Source: a virus (lineage: Duplodnaviria > Caudoviricetes). From it: DNA of 58,254 bases. How positions within the stretch are numbered: position 1 is the stretch's first letter; each line of letters begins with the position of its first letter. The DNA lies in IMG/VR virus record IMGVR_UViG_3300020235_001162, positions 1-58,254 of that record. One strand, written 5' to 3'. This document shows positions 54,509 to 58,254 of the stretch, in pieces. The position numbers and the translations under genes are program-made. Under the pieces are notes generated by a model. The model searched no databases. It was given only the letters and a program-made list of their open reading frames with translations, and was not told where the DNA came from.

Positions 54509-54742
54509 TCAGTGCAGATGAGGGGCGAAGGGCAGTGGCTCGCAGGTGGGCTCGGTGACGTTGTTGGCAGCCTCCATGAGGTGCCGCAGTTCGACGCTGG
54601 AGAAGAACATCCGGGTCGTCTTGCCCCGGCGGGACTTCGCCACGATGGAGATGCCACCGTATGGGGTCCGGGTGTAGGTCCGGATGGTGTAGGCTCCGCC
54701 AGACTTGTGGGGCTGTGCGTCGGTCGGATTCGTGATACGCAT
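54509..54742 (-). CDS. small early protein
   Basis: repeat-associated RBS. Confidence 0.75.
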   Translation of the reverse strand: MRITNPTDAQPHKSGGAYTIRTYTRTPYGGISIVAKSRRGKTTRMFFSSVELRHLMEAANNVTEPTCEPLPFAPHLH

Positions 54743-54872
54743 GGTCTGATCCTTTCGGGTGAGTGGGTGAAAGCCCCCGCCCCGGTGTCCCGGAGCAGGC
54801 GGCGAACGTATCGGTGCTTACCATTCTCGGCTGCCACGCTGGTGGTCAGTGCATGTCCGAGGCTCCTTGTTG

Positions 54873-55061
54873 TCAGGCGACGGTCAGGCCGTCGCTGGTG
54901 ATCCCGGTCACAATGTTGTCGATGTAGCGGGGTTCGACAACGACCGAACCGGCCATGATCAGCCGGTCGGCGGGCAGGTGCTGCTCACACCAGTTGTCGG
55001 CCTCAGTGGTGAGGGCGGCGAGCAGGATGAGCGAACCGTGGTAGGTGACTTCGAAGTCCAT
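54873..55061 (-). CDS. small early phage protein
   Basis: MDFEVTYHGSLILL...VVEPRYIDNIVTGI; repeat-associated RBS. Confidence 0.8.
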   Translation of the reverse strand: MDFEVTYHGSLILLAALTTEADNWCEQHLPADRLIMAGSVVVEPRYIDNIVTGITSDGLTVA

Positions 55062-55126
55062 TTGTCTGATCCTTTCGGGGTGAGTGGGTGAAAGCTCCCG
55101 CTCGGCGTCAGCCGGGCGGGCAGCGG

Positions 55127-55336
55127 TCAGTCGCGGTGGTTGTAGTACTCATCGCCCGTGACCGGGTCGATTCGCTCGTTCATGTCGAGGGCCACGGTTC
55201 GGGCCTCGCTCTCGGTGGCGAAGTGGTCGTAGACGAACTCTTCGTCAAGGACGCACCAGCGAAGCTCGCCTCGGTGGTCAACGTCGCCGTCCATGGGAGG
55301 GTGGTTCCAGATGCGTGAGACAACTGTGAACTGCAT
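55127..55336 (-). CDS. small acidic early protein
   Basis: repeat-associated RBS before MQFTVV. Confidence 0.75.
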   Translation of the reverse strand: MQFTVVSRIWNHPPMDGDVDHRGELRWCVLDEEFVYDHFATESEARTVALDMNERIDPVTGDEYYNHRD

Positions 55337-55404
55337 GGGAGTAGCCTTTCGGTGAGTGAGTGGGTGAAAGCCCCCGCCCGGCGTCAACCGGGTGGGCGGC
55401 GTGG

Positions 55405-55731
55405 TCAGTCTCGCTGGTCCCACTTGGTGATGGGGGCGGGGCGGCTCTTGCGAGCTGGGCGGCGGGCACGGCGTCGGTCGTCGGCTTCGCAGATGAACTT
55501 GAACGATGCTCGCCTTTTGTCGGTCGCGGCGATGTGGGTCTGAAGTGCGGCCAGCAGCACGCGGGCCTCGGCCTCGGTGAACTCGACCATGCCGGTCTTT
55601 TCATGGATGCAGCTGGTTGAGGTCACTCGGACCCCGGACGGGTTCATGCTGTCCGCCGACATGGCGTGGATGTGGACGCTGCTGCCATCGACAGTGCGGG
55701 TCTGCTTCGGGCTGGAAACTCTGGTAAGCAT
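55405..55731 (-). CDS. early protein
   Basis: repeat-associated RBS before MLTRVSS. Confidence 0.75.
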   Translation of the reverse strand: MLTRVSSPKQTRTVDGSSVHIHAMSADSMNPSGVRVTSTSCIHEKTGMVEFTEAEARVLLAALQTHIAATDKRRASFKFICEADDRRRARRPARKSRPAPITKWDQRD

Positions 55732-55773
55732 GGGTCTGATCCTTTCGGGTGAGTGGAAAGCCAACCTGCCCGG

Positions 55774-55983
55774 TCATGGGAAGGTGGGCGACGGGAAGCT
55801 CCTCGCGGCGTTCTTCTCGTTGATGTAGACGACGTGGGCCAACTCTTCGATGGAGGCCACAGCACTCGCTGCGGACTTCCTGACTTTGGCCCCGTTGGGG
55901 ACGTTCACGGCGGCAGCCTTGATGCCCCTCAAGGCAGCCAAGATGACCTCGACGTGCCCTTGGATCACAGCTTGGTGCGACAT
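55774..55983 (-). CDS. small early protein
   Basis: GAAAGGAGGTG RBS. Confidence 0.75.
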   Translation of the reverse strand: MSHQAVIQGHVEVILAALRGIKAAAVNVPNGAKVRKSAASAVASIEELAHVVYINEKNAARSFPSPTFP

Positions 55984-56048
55984 GATGCACCTCCTTTCGG
56001 GGTGAGTGGTGAAAGCTCCCGGTCTGCTTTCGCAGGCCGGGCAGCTGG

Positions 56049-56372
56049 TCAGACGGTGACGCTCGGCGGGCTGTTGCGGTAGCCGCTCCGCTTGCAGGCG
56101 GAGGTGGTCCGGAACGGCAAGCCACTGCGGCAGCGGTCGCCACCGTGCTGGATGCGGCAGGCACCGTAATGCGTGGGCATCGGGGCGTTGTTGTGACGCC
56201 AGTTCAGGTACGCCAGAGCCTCGACGGCCTCGTCGGCAGTCTCGGTCTTCGCCACGGCGACGACCTCGGAGAGGAAGATGCGGAGGTCACGCTTCGTCCA
56301 GCTTCCGACCTCGCGGGCTGCGGGGAGGGTGATGGTCGTGCCGCCGTACCGGCCTTCTTTGAGAATGCTCAT
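56049..56372 (-). CDS. early protein
   Basis: repeat-associated RBS. Confidence 0.75.
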   Translation of the reverse strand: MSILKEGRYGGTTITLPAAREVGSWTKRDLRIFLSEVVAVAKTETADEAVEALAYLNWRHNNAPMPTHYGACRIQHGGDRCRSGLPFRTTSACKRSGYRNSPPSVTV

Positions 56373-56434
56373 TCTGATCCTTTCGGTGAGAGTGGGTGAA
56401 AGCTCCCGCCGGGCGTCAACCCGGCGGGCAGCGG

Positions 56435-56722
56435 TCAGGGGTAGCTGTAGCCATCGACGGGGGCGGGCTGGAGTCGCACGGCGGGGGTCCAGTCAGCCGG
56501 GGCGGGCAGTGCCGGGGCGTCCGGGACCAGCCCGATGACATCGGCCTGCGTGTCGGACAGGGACTTGGCGAAGGCGATGATCGTCCTCGACGCATCCCGG
56601 ATGGCGGCGAGGTGGCCGGGGCCACGCTCGCCAGCCTCGTTGGAAACGACGCTCGCCCAGTGGATGATCCCGGCGAGGTCGAAGTCCATGACGATGGCAG
56701 CGTTCTTGGTGGTGATCTTCAT
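56435..56722 (-). CDS. early protein
   Basis: repeat-associated RBS. Confidence 0.75.
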   Translation of the reverse strand: MKITTKNAAIVMDFDLAGIIHWASVVSNEAGERGPGHLAAIRDASRTIIAFAKSLSDTQADVIGLVPDAPALPAPADWTPAVRLQPAPVDGYSYP

Positions 56723-56790
56723 TGGTAGCCTTTCGGTGAGTGAGTGGGTGAAAGCTCCCCGGCCCAGTCAAGGGTCGGGGCAGCAGTTGG

Positions 56791-57087
56791 TCAGAGGGTC
56801 TTCCAGCCCCCGCCCTTGCCGGGCTCCCAGTAGTCGATGCGGGTGCATCCGGCGTTCGGCGTGCCGAAGTCGTCGAGGGGTGCGAAGGCTTCGTGGCCCG
56901 TCTCGTCCCCGATGAACTTGCCTTCGTAGCAGACGCCGCCATCGTCGTCGAGCATGCGGAAGCGGGTGCCTCCGCCACTGCCCAGCAGCAGGACATGCTC
57001 GTCGGTCGCGGCACGGGGGCCGATGACTCCGACGCTGCCGTCGTGCTTGCCTTCGATGTGATCCACGGTGATCTTGAATGCGTACAT
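56791..57087 (-). CDS. early phage protein (first ORF of the early operon)
   Basis: FRMLDDDGGVCYEG...FAPLDDFGTPNAGCTRIDY; GAAGGA RBS. Confidence 0.8.
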   Translation of the reverse strand: MYAFKITVDHIEGKHDGSVGVIGPRAATDEHVLLLGSGGGTRFRMLDDDGGVCYEGKFIGDETGHEAFAPLDDFGTPNAGCTRIDYWEPGKGGGWKTL

Positions 57088-57120
57088 TCGGTTCCTTCCA
57101 GAGAGAGTGGTGAGAGACAA

Positions 57121-57200
57121 AGGAGGCGGGGGGATTCGAACCCCCGTGCCAGCAGGTTCCGACGAGCGGCTGTCCTGCTGGGCGTTACCACAACGCCCCC
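57121..57200 (-). ncRNA. tmRNA tRNA-like-domain mimic (80 nt, no tag reading frame)
   Basis: acceptor GGGGGCG/CGCCTCC with G3-U70, stemless D-loop, 8-bp helix, CAC linker, T-arm GGGGG-TTCGAAT-CCCCC. Confidence 0.65.
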
Positions 57201-57211
57201 GTGGTGAGAAA

Positions 57212-57278
57212 TGGGTCGGGCAGGAGTCGAACCTGCTCCGGGCCGTCAACCCGGCTCCTCCCGCTGCTGCCCTCCCCC
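57212..57278 (-). ncRNA. degenerate tRNA-like element
   Basis: T-arm GCAGG-TTCGACT-CCTGC and arm CCGGG-TTGACGG-CCCGG; poor acceptor and D arms. Confidence 0.45.
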
Positions 57279-57571
57279 ATGTCGATGCCTGACGAGGGTC
57301 TGAGGATGGAGCAGTCGGGCCAACCCGATGGAAAACTGCCGCCGCCCGGTTCCCCGGACGAAGGCAGGCACTCGGACCACCCAGAAGGATGGTCCAGAAA
57401 GGTTTGAACTAGACTGGCTCTCGGCGATCTCCTTCCACCATCTGTGTCACTGGCAGTACTCCTTCACCCGCATCGAGTGGGTTGGGTGCCTCTGTGCTAC
57501 CGTCCCTGCCTTCACGGCCTGATCGTCGGCTAGGGGGAAGACGGTTCGGTGGGCGGTCGTCGTCGAGAGTC

Positions 57572-57588
57572 TTGAGTTGTCAAAGAAC
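57572..57588 (-). promoter_or_regulatory. boxA-like antitermination element in the early leader
   Basis: GTTCTTTGACAACTCAA, preceded by a small CTC-CGAA-GAG hairpin. Confidence 0.65.
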
Positions 57589-57725
57589 CGGAGTCTGAGT
57601 TGCCTCTTCGGAGCCGCGTCGTGGCCTTCCCTATGGTCTGCTCCATTCACTGGGCGGGAAGGCGGTGACTGGTCTGGCTTTCGCAGGCCCTTCGTCCGGG
57701 TGTCGGTTTCTGGGACACCGGGGGA

Positions 57726-57754
57726 AGAGTAGGCAAGAGGTAGGGCGAAGGCAA
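57726..57754 (-). promoter_or_regulatory. early-operon promoter, CTAC-N7-CTAC family
   Basis: TTGCCT-TCGCCCTACCTCTTGCC-TACTCT. Confidence 0.65.
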
Positions 57755-57936
57755 GTGATCACCACATATTTATCACACTGGTCCCGCCGACGCTGCCCGG
57801 CTAGACTGCGGGGCGACAGCGATCTTCGACATTCCTCCAGATGCCCGGAAGATGGGCAAGGCCGAAGTGCCCAGCAGTCCAGCCCCGCCGCCCGGTTCCG
57901 CATTCCCATCCGATTGGATGGCAAAGGACACACAAC

Positions 57937-58254
57937 ATGAGCTATGAAGGACAGAGCAACGCAGAGGACGTGGGGCCTCGACCTCCGGAGGACCGCAGTG
58001 ATCGGGACAGCGGGGATGGCTGGACACCTCCGCTGCCGCCACGCCCATCGAGCCTCGCAAGGACCGTCCAACAGCAGAGCCCGTCCGACCAGCCAGCCCA
58101 CCGCGACCAGTTCCATGACGACACCGCCAGTGCTGCCGACCTGCTCGCCACGAAGCCTGTCGCCAATGGCGACTCGCCGCGACCGGTCGAACACACGCAC
58201 TCCTCCCGCTTCCAGCCCGGCAACGTGGCGTGGAAGAAGGGGCAGGCAGCCCGC
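57937..58254 (+). CDS. 3'-truncated ORF, terminase small subunit-like candidate
   Basis: AAAGGA RBS; open to the window end; disordered N-terminus then SRFQPGN motif common at TerS N-termini. Confidence 0.5.
   Translation, partial: MSYEGQSNAEDVGPRPPEDRSDRDSGDGWTPPLPPRPSSLARTVQQQSPSDQPAHRDQFHDDTASAADLLATKPVANGDSPRPVEHTHSSRFQPGNVAWKKGQAAR
58159..58173. repeat. 15-bp palindrome copy 13 (inside CDS, VANGD)
   Basis: exact match. Confidence 0.95.

Larger units (their letters stand above)
53761..56793 (-). repeat. family of about 10 conserved inter-cassette spacers: TGACC..GCTGCCC-hairpin-GGGAGCTTTCACCCACTCACCCGAAAGGATCAGAC-ATG
   Basis: copies before starts at 53760, 54118, 54444, 54742, 55061, 55336, 55731, 55983, 56372 and 56722; variants at 57087, 52669, 50236 and 44254. 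Confidence 0.9.

Noticed and set aside
53800-56790. TTGAC hairpin loops as -35 promoter boxes
   Set aside because: No acceptable -10 hexamer 16-18 nt downstream, and they sit in loops of GC stems.
53761-56793. CRISPR array
   Set aside because: The repeats are degenerate and separated by whole ORFs of 130-330 nt; no cas genes.
57121-57200. Canonical tRNA gene or attP fragment of tmRNA
   Set aside because: No anticodon loop or D-stem; both acceptor strands are present and no integrase is in the window. Kept as a tRNA-like-domain RNA instead.
57289-57340. Hammerhead ribozyme (CTGACGA...GAAA on the + strand)
   Set aside because: No stem II closing onto CGAAA and no consistent stems I/III; it is also antisense to the leader.
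57937-58254. Circular join fusing the last ORF in frame with position 1
   Set aside because: The frames are compatible but no terminal repeat is visible; window edges at gene boundaries would give the same result.

Overview
GC-rich, apparently near-complete genome of an uncultured tailed phage, almost all on the - strand. The virion module has T7-like podovirus order: portal, scaffold, major capsid, tail tubular A/B, three internal (ejected) proteins including a 3284-aa polyvalent protein, a gp17-like tail fibre, extra adhesin-like genes and a T7-type TerL. I can see no RNA polymerase, DNA polymerase, primase, integrase or obvious endolysin. Transcription appears to use host sigma70-type promoters, and DNA metabolism rests on an SF2 helicase, an ERF annealase, a RecE-like exonuclease, an HNH nuclease and a DUF932-like protein. 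Six glycosyl/methyltransferase genes sit just upstream of the head genes. The most unusual structure is non-coding: (1) a perfect 15-bp palindrome GTCGCCAWTGGCGAC found 13 times across the genome, inside and between genes; (2) an early operon (about 51.4-57.7 kb) built as cassettes separated by a conserved hairpin plus GCTTTCACCCACTCACCCGAAAGGA spacer, with several cassettes carrying structured RNAs instead of ORFs, including an 80-nt tmRNA tRNA-like-domain mimic, behind a long leader with an rrn-type boxA; (3) four promoters sharing a CTAC-N7-CTAC-type repeat over the -10 box. All product calls come from motif recognition by eye; no database searches were run.
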